From Amoeboaphelidium protococcarum X5 (lineage: Eukaryota; Fungi; Aphelidiomycota), in the NCBI GenBank assembly GCA_023515725.1, contig JALDTO010000179.1, positions 260,039-324,038 on the forward strand: DNA of 64,000 nt. Direction: 5' to 3'. Below the pieces are notes generated by a model, which saw only the letters and a list, made by a program, of their open reading frames with translations, searched no databases and was not told the origin of the DNA. Positions 41,287 to 52,571 of this stretch are shown piece after piece; position 1 is the first letter of the stretch; every line of letters starts with the position of its first letter. The position numbers and the translations under genes are program-made.

Positions 41287-44200
41287 ATGTACGTTGAGGA
41301 GATTATCATTGATGGCTTCAAGTCGTATGCTGTGAGAACTACGCTGAAAGATTTTTCTCCCCATTTTAATGCCATCACTGGATTGAATGGTAGTGGCAAG
41401 TCTAATGTTCTGGATGCTATTTGCTTTGTATTGGGATTGAGTTCGTCTAATCTGCAGCAGGTCAGAGCCTAGTCTTTGAATGATTTGGTGTACAAGAAGG
41501 GATAGGCTGGTGTGGTTCGCGCCAGTGTCAGCATAGTGTTCAAGAATGATAATAAAGACTAGAGTCCTGTGGGATTTGAGAAATGCGACAAGATTACCGT
41601 GACCAGATAGATTGTCATCGGTGGAAAGAATAAGTATATGGTGAATGGAAGTCAGGCTCATTAGAACACTGTATAGAACTTGTTTCAGTCCGTTTAGTTG
41701 AACATTAATAATCCTCACTTTCTCATTATGCAGGGTAGAATTACCAAGGTGCTGAATATGAAGCCTGTAGAGATTCTGAGCCTGATTGAGGAGGCTGCCG
41801 GCACCAGGATGTTTGAAGAGAAGAAGGAGAAGGCATTGAAGACCATTGAGAAGAAGGAGGCCAAGGTTGTCGAGATTAATGAGCTAATGGACAAGGACAT
41901 TGCTCCAAAGTTGGACAAGCTGAAGAAGGAGAAGCAGGATTTTTTGAATTTCCAAAAGATTGAGAGTGAGGTTGAACGACTGAGGAGACTTTTGATTGCT
42001 TTTGATTTCTATCAAGCTGATGGTTAGCAAAAGTAATTGACCGAGTAAATAAGTGAAATAAATGATCAACTCTAATAGTATAAGAGTAAAGAGGAGGATT
42101 TGGAAGGAGATATAAAGTTTGCGCAAGAGAGTATTTAGGAACTGAACTAGCGCAAAGATTAAGAATTGAAGAAGAGCAGTAAATTCAAGGCTTTGTAGGA
42201 GACTGTTGCATCTCTATCAAGTCAATTGACTAGATTATCTGCACAGAAAGATATTGTTTTTAAGTCTATAAAGGATGAGGAGAAGAGTATTGCTGAGTTG
42301 ATTAAGGCGACTGATGCTGGTGAGAAGCAATTAGCTGCTATGGAGAGTAGAGTGATGCAAAGTAAGACTGCACTTGCTTCTGATCAGGATTCTCTGGATG
42401 GTGACATTGCAGCAGTCAAGAAGTAGGAAAATCTCCTGTAGACTCTAACGACAGGAGTAGCTGATTCTGAAGGCTAAGATAATGGGTATGCTGACTAGTT
42501 AAATCAGTTAAAGGTGGGCAAATCTAAGGTTATGGTTGAGGTTGAAGATTGTAAGTAGCGTTTGTAGTATCAAAATAGTCAGCTGGCTACTAAAAAGCCA
42601 TAGGCAAAGGAGGCTGAAAAGGCTAACAAGTCTTAGTTGAAGTAGTTGGAAACTCTTAAAGCCGAGCTGAGTAAATTGGAGGCTGAGAGATAGAAAAGTG
42701 TTATTGATGAGTCTTTGGGATAAGATTTGAAGAGCAGAAAGTAGGAAAAGATTCATGAAATCAGAAAGCTGCAGTAGGAGATTGACAATTTATCTGGACA
42801 ATTGGCCAACTTTGATTTCAAGTATGCCGACCCTCATTCCAACTTTGATCGAAAGAAGGTGCGCGGTCTCGTTGGACAATTGATTAAATTGTAGAAGGAG
42901 AACCTGGAGTTTTGTACAGCTTTACAAATTTGCGCTGAGGGACGGTTGTACTTTGTCGTTGTTGAAGACAACAAGGTGGCTAGTGACTTATTGAAGAATG
43001 GTAAGTTGCAAAAGAAGCACACCTTTATTCCTCTGAAGTAGATAGTTCCACCAAATATTGCTCCAGAAAGAGTTTAAAGAAGTAAATAGTTAGCTCCCGG
43101 TAAGGTTGAATCGGCTTTGGATCTTTTGCATTTTCAGAAGGATGTTGAGCCTGCTATGAAGTTTGTCTTTGGTGGTACTTTGGTTTGTAAAGACGCAGAG
43201 GCTGCTAAATTGGTCACTTACGACTCCAAGGTCAGACTGCGTACCATCACTGTTGACGGTGATGTCTATGAACCTGGAGCTACTATTACAGGCGGTAGTT
43301 CTCCGTCAAGTAATAATATTTTAGAGAAGCTGTATCTATTGTCCGCTGCTCAGGATCAATTGGACAAGGTCAAGTTTGAGCTCAAGGATATTAACGACCA
43401 GATTGAGTAATTCTAATAGAAACTGGACTTGTTTAACGGCTTGGATTCTACATGTAAGAGAAAGCAGAATGAATTGAAAAATTTGGACGATTTGATAAAG
43501 TCTAGTACTGCTGGCAGGCTCATCTCGGAAGTTTTAGAGTTGGAGTAGAACACTTAGACTTTAAAGGACTAACTAGCTATTGCTGAAAGTAAAGTTGGTG
43601 AACTTGATAAATAGATCAAGTCTGTTGAGCTGGAAATGAGAGAATTCGATTCTAACAGAGATGGATAGTTGAAGAAGATTGAGAAGACCTTAACATCCGC
43701 TAAGAAGGCTTTGGTCAAGAAGCAGGCGGATTTTAAGCTAAAGAAGACTGAACATGATTCATTGCTTGCCGAGTTTGAATAGATGATGTAGGACAGGAAT
43801 GAGTCTATGCAGTCTTTGGAAGAGATGAAGACTTCTCTGGCTAGTTAAGAGTCGGAATTGAAAAAGATGATCTCCGAAATTGAAGCACTAAAGACTGATT
43901 ATGACACTCACAACAAGGAATTGCAGAAGTAATCTAAAGTGTTCTTATAGTTTGACAAAGATATTGCGGCCATGTAAGCGGAAGTGAAGTAGAAGCAGAG
44001 TATGATTCAAGAACTGCATTTGAATTCAAAGAAGCATAACATTGACCTCGGTAACGCACAGAAGACTTTGGCTGATGCTCAAAATCTCTGCGTCGTTATT
44101 GAAAAAGAGCACGAGTGGGTGGCCGATTAGAAGGGCAACTTTGGTAAACCAAATACTGCATTTGACTTCAGTCGTATGGACGCGAGTGATTGTTCAAAGA

Positions 44201-45000
44201 AGCTCACCAAATTGTAGGCTGAGTATGAAGTTTTGCGAAAGAAGATCAATGTCAAAGTCATGAACATGATCGACCGTGTGGTGTAGAAGGAGCAGTCCCT
44301 CAAGCAGATGCTGGCCACTGTCCGCAAGGACAAGGAGAAAATTGAAGAGACAATTCAGTAGCTTGACCATTACAAGAGAGAGGCTCTGCAAAGAACTTGG
44401 CAGAAAGTTAATGGAGATTTTGGCGCCATTTTTAACGATCTTTTACCTGGCAACACTGCAAAGCTGGATCCTGTCGAGGGCCAGACCATTTACGATGGTC
44501 TTGAGGTGAAGGTGCGACTGGGTAAAGTGTGGAAGTAGAGTCTTACTGAACTCAGCGGTGGCTAGAGATCTCTTGTCGCTCTTTCATTGATTCTGTCATT
44601 GTTGTAGTTCAAACCAGCTCCAATGTACATTCTTGATGAAATTGATGCTGCCCTGGATTTGTCACACACGCAGAATATTGGACATCTATTCAAGAACAGG
44701 TTTAAAGGCTCTCAATTTATTGTAGTCTCTCTGAAAGAAGGGATGTTTAATAATGCAGACGTGCTGTTTCGCGCCAGATTCCGTGATGGAACTTCTGTTG
44801 TCGAACGCTTCACTTAGCAAACAGTCACCGGCTCTGAAATACCCGTCGCGTCATCATCGGGTAGTAGAAAAGCAGCTACATCTAAATCTTCAAAGAAGAA
44901 TGGTGGCGGTGGTGGTGATGATGACGAAGAAGAAGAGTACTCCGAGTAGAATGAAAATGCAGTTAATTCGAAGCAGCAAAAGAAGACTCGACGTGGATGA
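41287..45000 (+). CDS. SMC2: Condensin subunit Smc2
   Basis: [40 protein letters not shown], hinge region and [13 protein letters not shown]...[12 protein letters not shown]. Confidence 0.97.
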
Positions 45001-45077
45001 AATTATCGTTTGAACTGAAAAGTTGAAATTTACCGCGTGTGTCTTGTATAGTTTTTCCGTCTTTTATTTATCAGGGA

Positions 45078-46462
45078 TTATCACATTAACAATGACATTG
45101 TTACGTGATTTATTGAATCATGTACCTGCCAGAACAGTAACCATTAAAAACCGCACCTCTACCTAGTTGTTTGCACCTCAAGATGCGCGTGAATTAGATG
45201 ATATTGAGTTGAAATTATGGGATTCTTTTGATCAGGATGTCATTATACCGTATAGAATTCATATTTAGCCGCTTTTGGATATGGATTGCTACATTGGAAT
45301 TAATTAGGATACAGTCTTTGTCGGTAGTGAGGCGGAAATAAAACACTACTTGATTCGTCGCGTATTTTCGATTGCTGAAGACATCGCCATATCCTTGGGT
45401 GGGTCTGTGATTCATTAAGATATCGGTCCAGCTGTAGGACTCCATCCTGATCTTATTTTTCGGTACAAGGTCGACCCTAGCTGCGGCTGCATCTTGCCAA
45501 TTGAGATTAAGACAATGTGGGCTTTCGATGTGGATGATGATCTTATTGATTTCACTCATTAAGAGGAGATTAAGAATAAGGTGCTGCGGCAAGAATATGG
45601 CTACATGTCCGTTAATCATAACAGATATGGAATAATCTGTACTGCTGATAAGTTCTTCTTTCTGCGTCGTGGTGGGTCTGATGGGAGATAGTAAAGCACT
45701 TTGGAGGTAAGTCGCGCCGTGCATCGTGATTAAAATGCGCCATTCACGTTGATGGAGGCTGTATGTGCCATGTTTTATCTCTGCGAAGATAAAGATCAAT
45801 GCATTTACGCGTCTCCCACTCCTGCAATGTAACCCGATTATCAAGTTTTTGACACTTCTGTTGTGACGCATGTCGGCCTTCATGAAGTATACTTTGAACG
45901 AGTTGTTGGCGGTTCTGAGCTTTATTCAGTTGTATTTGGTGGTATCCATACTTCATTTAGATCCGATGATAATAGGTCAATCGAAATTAGATCGCATTAG
46001 TTGGTGTTGAAAATGGCTGACTCCACCAAGGATCCAGAGCATTTAAAAGTAGGTGCCATCGATTATGAGCATTAATGTTATCTGAAGTTATCTATATTGC
46101 AAGGTACTGTCATTCCGAGATTGTTGGCGCGTCTGTCGATTGATGGCTGGATTGAGGCAATAATGATAGAGCGCCTGGAACGTGTATCTTCTGTCGCTGA
46201 CATTTAAGCACATTATCGGCAGTTGCGTGATTCATTATAGTCAATTCATTAAAATGGCGTAGCTCATGGTGACGTTGCACCGCGTAATATAATGTGGAAG
46301 GGTGATCAACTGCTCTTCATTGATTTTGGACACGCAAATTTGGCAAGTCAAATGTCATAATAGGAGTTCTAACAAATGTGTAATCGTGACATCAAGATGT
46401 TGAATGAGATTGCAGGTGTACAAGAAGCATGATGTATCGCTGGTAGTTTGAATAAATATATT
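45078..46462 (+). repeat. Dispersed inverted repeat, copy B (partner at 29226-30610)
   Basis: Reverse-complement match to copy A. Confidence 0.9.
45092..46432 (+). CDS. PD-(D/E)XK nuclease + protein kinase fusion (Crinkler-type effector-like), copy B, 446 aa
   Basis: PD at 45446, EIK at 45503, RQEYGYM, kinase HGDVAPRN (~46265) and IDFG. Same length as copy A. Confidence 0.8.
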
Positions 46463-46882
46463 TGCATTTTTTAGTCACATACACTTTATTACCTGTTAAA
46501 CTTGGCGTATTTAGATTTCCATTTGTCTTGATTTACACTGGAGAACGATGTGAAGAGGTGTAAATATATAACAATGACTTCAGAAAATAGACAGAATGAT
46601 ACATGCAATGAATTTGTATGCGTCAATTCTATGGTCCTGCACAGTAGAGTGAGTGACAAGCCGATTCGCATACTATAATTTATCATGAATCTGCCACCTA
46701 CAGTACAACGAATTTATCAATTTCTTTTTTCTATCTTGATCAACTAAACCACAAAATAGATTGCAAAAATGAGTAAAAATCATATCAAAAGTGCTAAAAG
46801 TATCTTGTACAGCCTTGGATAGCTGCAATAACGCGTAAGTTATCGTCTATATGATAAGGAAATTTCATATCATAAAAACAAT

Positions 46883-47979
46883 ATGTAGCTTTCCAATACG
46901 GACGAAAATACCAGTCAGGATGTAAAGGATTAGCTGGCAATGTAGATTACGCGTAATCAAGAAATGGCGTTGGATGCGAAATTGGTAATCTAATTCACTT
47001 TAATGCAATGCTGATAGATTTATTACATTCGTATAATATGTAGATTTAGTGCGAGAAATAGCATAGAAGAGAAATTAAGAAGCTTCTCACGTTTCATTTT
47101 CAAAAGCTCACCAAGAAGCTCTCTGCATTGCGATCAGATCTTGAATAGGACCAAGATATTTAATCTGCTCAAGATCTCAAAGCTAAAATTTCCCATTTAG
47201 AAACTGAATTAATTCAAGCTAAAATGTCTGATATAGACTGGATTAGTAATCATTCCTGGAATTAGATATAGTCTGGGCTCTCCCGCGGTAAAAGTGTAGA
47301 TCTCAGCGACAACAATACTGACAGTGATGATAGTACTCAAGATGGTGACACTTGCAAGCCACTGATCATTGATGATAATTCTAAAAGGGCACTCTAGCGT
47401 TTATAGGATGATAAGAAGTATAAGAGCTTTGTTTAAGAATTGAAATCAGACTATGAAGCATTTAAAGAGCGCGTCTTTAAAGTCAATAAGCAGCACATGG
47501 AGAAACGTAAAGAAGATGTCGATAATGCTAAAGTTGCGCGCAAGTCCAACAGCTAACCGCGTTAGACTTTTAAGAGACCGCGATTTGATCCTGATGAAAT
47601 TGACTTTGATGACCTGATTGAGGATCCCGCAGTAAAAGCGCTGGAGTAGTAGTAGAAAAAGAAGAAGAATCGTCCTGGGTAATAAGCACGAAAGAGAAGT
47701 TATCTAGAGTAGATTGGGTCTGCCAAGGGGCGCGATGGAAGACGCTCTCATACAACTGTTGTAGAACGCGACGACAGAAATAAATAATCTCTAATACCTG
47801 ACCGGAGGGAGAAGCGAATTGAATCTATTAAGCGTAATCGTGGTGGTGTCAAGTCGAAAGTAAACTCGTAACGATCCAACACATTACATCCGTCATGGGA
47901 GGCTAAGAAGAAATTGCAACAGGCTGGAATAGTTCCCTCTGCTGGCGTAAAGATTAAGTTTGATAGCGACGGTGAGTGA
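46883..47979 (+). CDS. BUD22: Bud22/SRFBP1-family ribosome biogenesis protein; intron 46985-47043
   Basis: KKKNRPGQQARKR and LHPSWEAKKK...GVKIKFD C-terminal signature. Confidence 0.8.
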
Positions 47980-48449
47980 TGCGCTCCAGTTAATAATACT
48001 CTCTCTATCACTCAGCGGAAAAAATATTCTGAGTTGAAACTTGCACTTTCCTTTAAATCATATAACTGCGTTTTTCTATTGAATTTTTAATACGCTCCCT
48101 ATGAACGTCAACAGTATCAATCAATAATGGAATGTGATACCAGTCAGTCAGCCAAGGAGACAGACAGCCTACAAGAAGATCGATCAAACAAATGGCTCAA
48201 ACAAAGCCATTCGCGCGCAGACTTTTCTCCGGCAATTCCAGTCACAATGGAAGAAACAAACGCGCGTGCCGATTCTGTTTGCCACAATAGTGACCGTTTC
48301 CGCCGACGTTACAGAGATTTTCAACATCTCCATCCATCGATTTTGCCTTGCTGCCGATTGCTACCCAGTTCAGCTTTTCTTTACTTGTTGTTGTTGTTGA
48401 ACTTTCTTACATTGACTCGCTGGTATCCATTAAGTTTCCGATTAGTAAT

Positions 48450-49964
48450 ATGGTCTCCTCTTATAGTTAGTTGTATACGCTGGACCAGCTAAAGACTTAA
48501 AACTAATCTAAAGAGTCTGACAGCATCAGCAGCAGCAGCGATGGTGGAAGTAGTAATTCTTCCGATAATGCTCTGGTACTGATCAACAATCAAGTGTATG
48601 ATGTGAAAGAGTTCAGCGAAGTTCATCCTGGTGGTAAAGTTATCCTCTCATACGCCAATGGTCAAGATGCGACAGATCCATTTAATGCTTTCCATCCAGA
48701 GTCTGCGCATGAAGTTTTGGCCAATTTCTACGTTGGCGATCTGCATCCCGATGACGTAACGAAGATTAAGTTGACTGCTGGTGTTGATAGTTCCCAATAA
48801 CCTTAGTCCTAGTAGCAATCTACCAAGTTGAGTTTCGCCAAAGCTATCGAGGACTATAGATAACATATTACTCGTCTTGGTTATTTTGAGAGTGATAAAT
48901 TATTCTACTTGTGGAAGAATCTTCAGATTTTGGGTGTTGTCTGTTTATCCGTGTTGACTCTGTGTTACAAGCCCGACTCTGTAATTAATGTGGTCGTTAG
49001 TGCCATGTTACTTGGTGTCGCTTGGTAGTAGTCTGGCTGGCTGGCACATGACTATCTGCATCATCAAGTGTATTAGAATCGATCTATCAACAACTTGTTT
49101 GGGTACCTGTGGGGCAATGTATTTCAAGGCTTCAGTGTTGCGTGGTGGAAGAATAAGCATAATACACACCATAGCCATCCTAATGTTCATAATTTTGATC
49201 CAGATGTGGACACCATGCCGGTACTTGGCTGGTCCAAGTATGCGATTGCTGATTATGTTGAGTAGGTGTCTTGTCAGTAGGCTGAACGCAAGGCAGCAGC
49301 TGCATCTGAATAGTAGCTGGATGGTCAATAGTCTTCATAGACTCGCCCTATTTCAGTGTCCAAGTTGGTCAAGTATCTGCTATACAATCAGGCCACTCTA
49401 TATTTCATAGTCTTAACTTTTGCGCGCTTATCCTGGGCTGAATAATCTCTGGAGTATGCTCTGGTCATGAAAAACAATAATACCTCCAAGTGGATTGAAC
49501 TCGCCACTCTGTCCTCTCATTGGATGTTGTACTTTTACTTTATTGGCTCCGTGATCAGTACCTGGCCACTAATGGTGCTGTACGTTATTGTCAGTCAATG
49601 TACTTGTGGCCTCCTGCTGGCCTTTGTATTCTCCTTGAATCATAATGGTATGCCTATTTACACGCAGGATGAGAGTTCTGAAATGTCCTTTTATGAACTG
49701 CAGATCCAGACTGGCCGTGATGTCATCCCGACTGTGTTTAGCACCTGGTTCACTGGCGGACTCAACTACCAGATTGAACATCATCTGTTCCCATCTCTGC
49801 CTCGTCATCGCCTACCCCTAGTGTCTGCAAAGGTGCGTGAACTGTGCCTCCAATACAGTATTCCATATCACGTAACCTCATTCTCAGAGGGTACCAAGGA
49901 AATTTTGAACCGATTGGATCATGTTAGTTCTGTAGCACAAATGCTTTTGAATGCAGAAGAGTGA
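48450..49964 (+). CDS. Front-end (delta-6-like) fatty acid desaturase with fused cytochrome b5
   Basis: HPGG b5 motif, WQQSGWLAHDYLHHQV, WWKNKHNTHH and GGLNYQIEHHLFP. Confidence 0.92.
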
Positions 49965-50080
49965 ATAAATATATATTGGTTATGGAGACTTTGTGAATGT
50001 TAAAAGTGAGATTTTGATTGAATGAAATCTTGAGTCGATTGCGGACTTGGTTGTTTAGTTTTTATATAGCTTTATAATGA

Positions 50081-50776
50081 TCATATATAATACAAAGAGT
50101 TTATGATGCCGGCGAGACTTCGAGTTGAAGGAGAGTAATCTCTCACCGATTAAGTGCATGCACCAGATTAAATGAGCTCAGAGATGGCATCACCCAGAGA
50201 TGAAGCTTTGGAGATATCGCAACACTCACCTAGTTGAGACAATTTCTATGCAAGTTCCTTCTAATGATTGTCCATTAAGGAATCATTAACTTTTACCAGA
50301 AGTTTTAGTTTAATCATTTGATCTTATGCAGTCGCTTGTGTACTTAACTTTCGCGCAGACGCTGTATTATTCAATAGCATTACCGGACGCCTACCACGTA
50401 AGCCTTCAACTATTGACCCTGATCCGGCGTGAGTTATAACCAGGTGTGCATTTTGGAAATAGGAGGTTAGACTAGCTGCATACTCAATCCTTGTTATTTT
50501 GCATTATCCTCCATATAAAGAAGCTGATGGTCGCGACTTGCCGTGCTAGACTAAAAGATGAACAAGCGTATTCTAATCAGTACCACCAGCAGCGATAAAC
50601 GGATCATCACCATCAGCCATCATAGACTATCCCGTAGATTCTACCGGGTGATCATTATCGATATCCGTCTAAATGCATGCAGAGAGACGCACGAGACTCT
50701 GTATAAACTAATCATCAATCATATCAATAAGCGAATCGAATCGCGTAGTTCCCACAGTTACCAACACCTTAAGCAT
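50081..50776 (-). CDS. ALG13: UDP-GlcNAc transferase catalytic subunit Alg13
   Basis: VLVTVGTTRFDSLI, VITHAGSGSIVE and VNDSLMDNHQKELA. Confidence 0.9.
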
Positions 50777-51029
50777 ACCTAATTCAAAGATTAAAAGCTT
50801 CCACAATTAACATAACACGAGTGTTTAAAAGACAAAGTTCAAACCGCGCTCGTTCGTTCGTTCTTTAACTGAGCAAAGTTTTCATCGTTCAACTCCACTC
50901 TGAGCGTTCCTTTATCTTTGATTCTCTTTCCTTATAAAGTAACATCGAAGAGCCATTTTTATAACACTATAATAAGAGAGTCTTACTGCATCGCTCTTCT
51001 CCAATAAATACAAGAAATTTAAAATTAAT

Positions 51030-51614
51030 ATGCTGCTAAAGTTTAATAGAGTCTGTGGAGTGGTCAAGAGATTCAAGAGTAAGCAGATTGTGCCAGCAGT
51101 CAGCTAAGTACCGGCACCTGTGCATCATGGAGAAGAAGATTCTATTGTGGTAAAGAGCACCACCTCTGTGCCCACATATAGCGATGATGGATAGAAATTA
51201 GCTGCTGATGTAGTTAACATCAAAGATGACTTGTAGAGTATAATCGCTGATCGAGACATTCAACTTACTAGTGGGGTACCGCCAGAGATGACACGGCGTC
51301 GCGTTCAGATTTACAAGGCTGCCAAGAGTGTGATGTAGAGTGGCCCGCAGTCTTCGTATTATCGCATCCAGTTTGACCCTGATTAGGATAATACAAAGTG
51401 GGATAATAAACTCATGGGCTGGTCATCCACGAATGATCCTGTGCAGGCGGTGAATCTGAAGTTTAACGATGTTAATGAAGCTATTCGATTTGCAATGAAG
51501 AATGGCTGGGATTACGTGGTCAATGAACCGCAGTACCCAAAGTTTACGCCCAAGTCTTATGCAGATAATTTTAAATACCAAGCAGGCCAACTCAGATTTG
51601 TAAAAACCAAGTGA
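51030..51614 (+). CDS. NDUFS4: NADH:ubiquinone oxidoreductase subunit NDUFS4
   Basis: SGVPPEMTRRRVQIYKAAKSVMQSG, KWDNKLMGWSSTNDP and KSYADNF. Confidence 0.92.
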
Positions 51615-51726
51615 ATATTATTATTATTATCAATCTTACTAGACTATTCTGAATACTCTTTATTACGGTAGATCCTTTTCTCTTTCATCATCTCACGCAA
51701 AGTGTGGGTGTGTGATCTCTTATAAA

Positions 51727-52361
51727 ATGTTGTAATAACGATAGAAATAATAAAAGATTATTGTTGACACTTTTAAATTGGTGACTAATTTGGAGCGTAA
51801 TGGTCTGAGTAGAAGTTAATCAGTCAAAGCTGTCAATGTTCTGCTTAACATGGCGGATGATGAAGCATCCAACATAAGGCAGCAGTTGGTCACTAAATAG
51901 CAGACTGATCATGATTTTGTTGCATACAAAGTTCGCCTCCATGAACTCAAATCAGGTACACATATCCAATTTACATGCTGTATATACTTGAATTCTTGTA
52001 TTTTCTAAAAGTTTATGTAGAGTTGGCATCGCTTAGAAAGACAGAGACTGCAGCGTTGTAGTAGTAGACATCCTCCATCTAGAAAGATTTGGACTTGCTC
52101 ACTTTGAAGTGGAAAGAGGATTTTAATACTGTCAAATCGGACTTGTAGTTGGATATGAATACACGAAAGTCTGAGATGAAGTAGGAGACGCAAAAGAATG
52201 AGATTAGAATCCAAGATATTCTGCATAGAGTCTAGTTGAATGCTGGTGATCTCAAGACCTCCCTCGAGACGATGAAGCTTGAACTTCTCACCAAGTGGTC
52301 CGCTGGTATTGTACTCGGAGTCGCTGCCTCTCTAGTATTTGCTCTTAAAGTATGGCATTGA
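51727..52361 (+). CDS. DUF1640 / CCDC90-MCUR1 family mitochondrial coiled-coil protein; intron 51956-52020
   Basis: VDTFKLVTNLERNGLSRSQS, KSDLQLDMNTRK, DLKTSLETMK and a C-terminal TM. Confidence 0.8.
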
Positions 52362-52571
52362 TGAATATTATGGTGATTATATAAAGTGTGTTCAGTTTAT
52401 GTGATAGACAGTTAATGTTCAGTTTATATGGTACAAGAGAACAATAGTTTTAAATCAAATTCTCTTTAACATCATCATCATCATCACATTCAAAAGTACA
52501 AGGACACTCCAGTTTGATTCTCAGCAAAGATATCCACCAGGTAATAGCAATAATAATAATAACATCATTAC

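Noticed and set aside
45215-45883. 222-aa standard-code ORF on the minus strand, and its counterparts 29805-30104 and 30243-30473
   Set aside because: Antisense shadow of the nuclease-kinase gene. It has no motifs and the true motifs are on the other strand.
46463-46882. Short ORFs downstream of copy B, including an in-frame upstream extension of BUD22
   Set aside because: No homology or motif support, so treated as intergenic.
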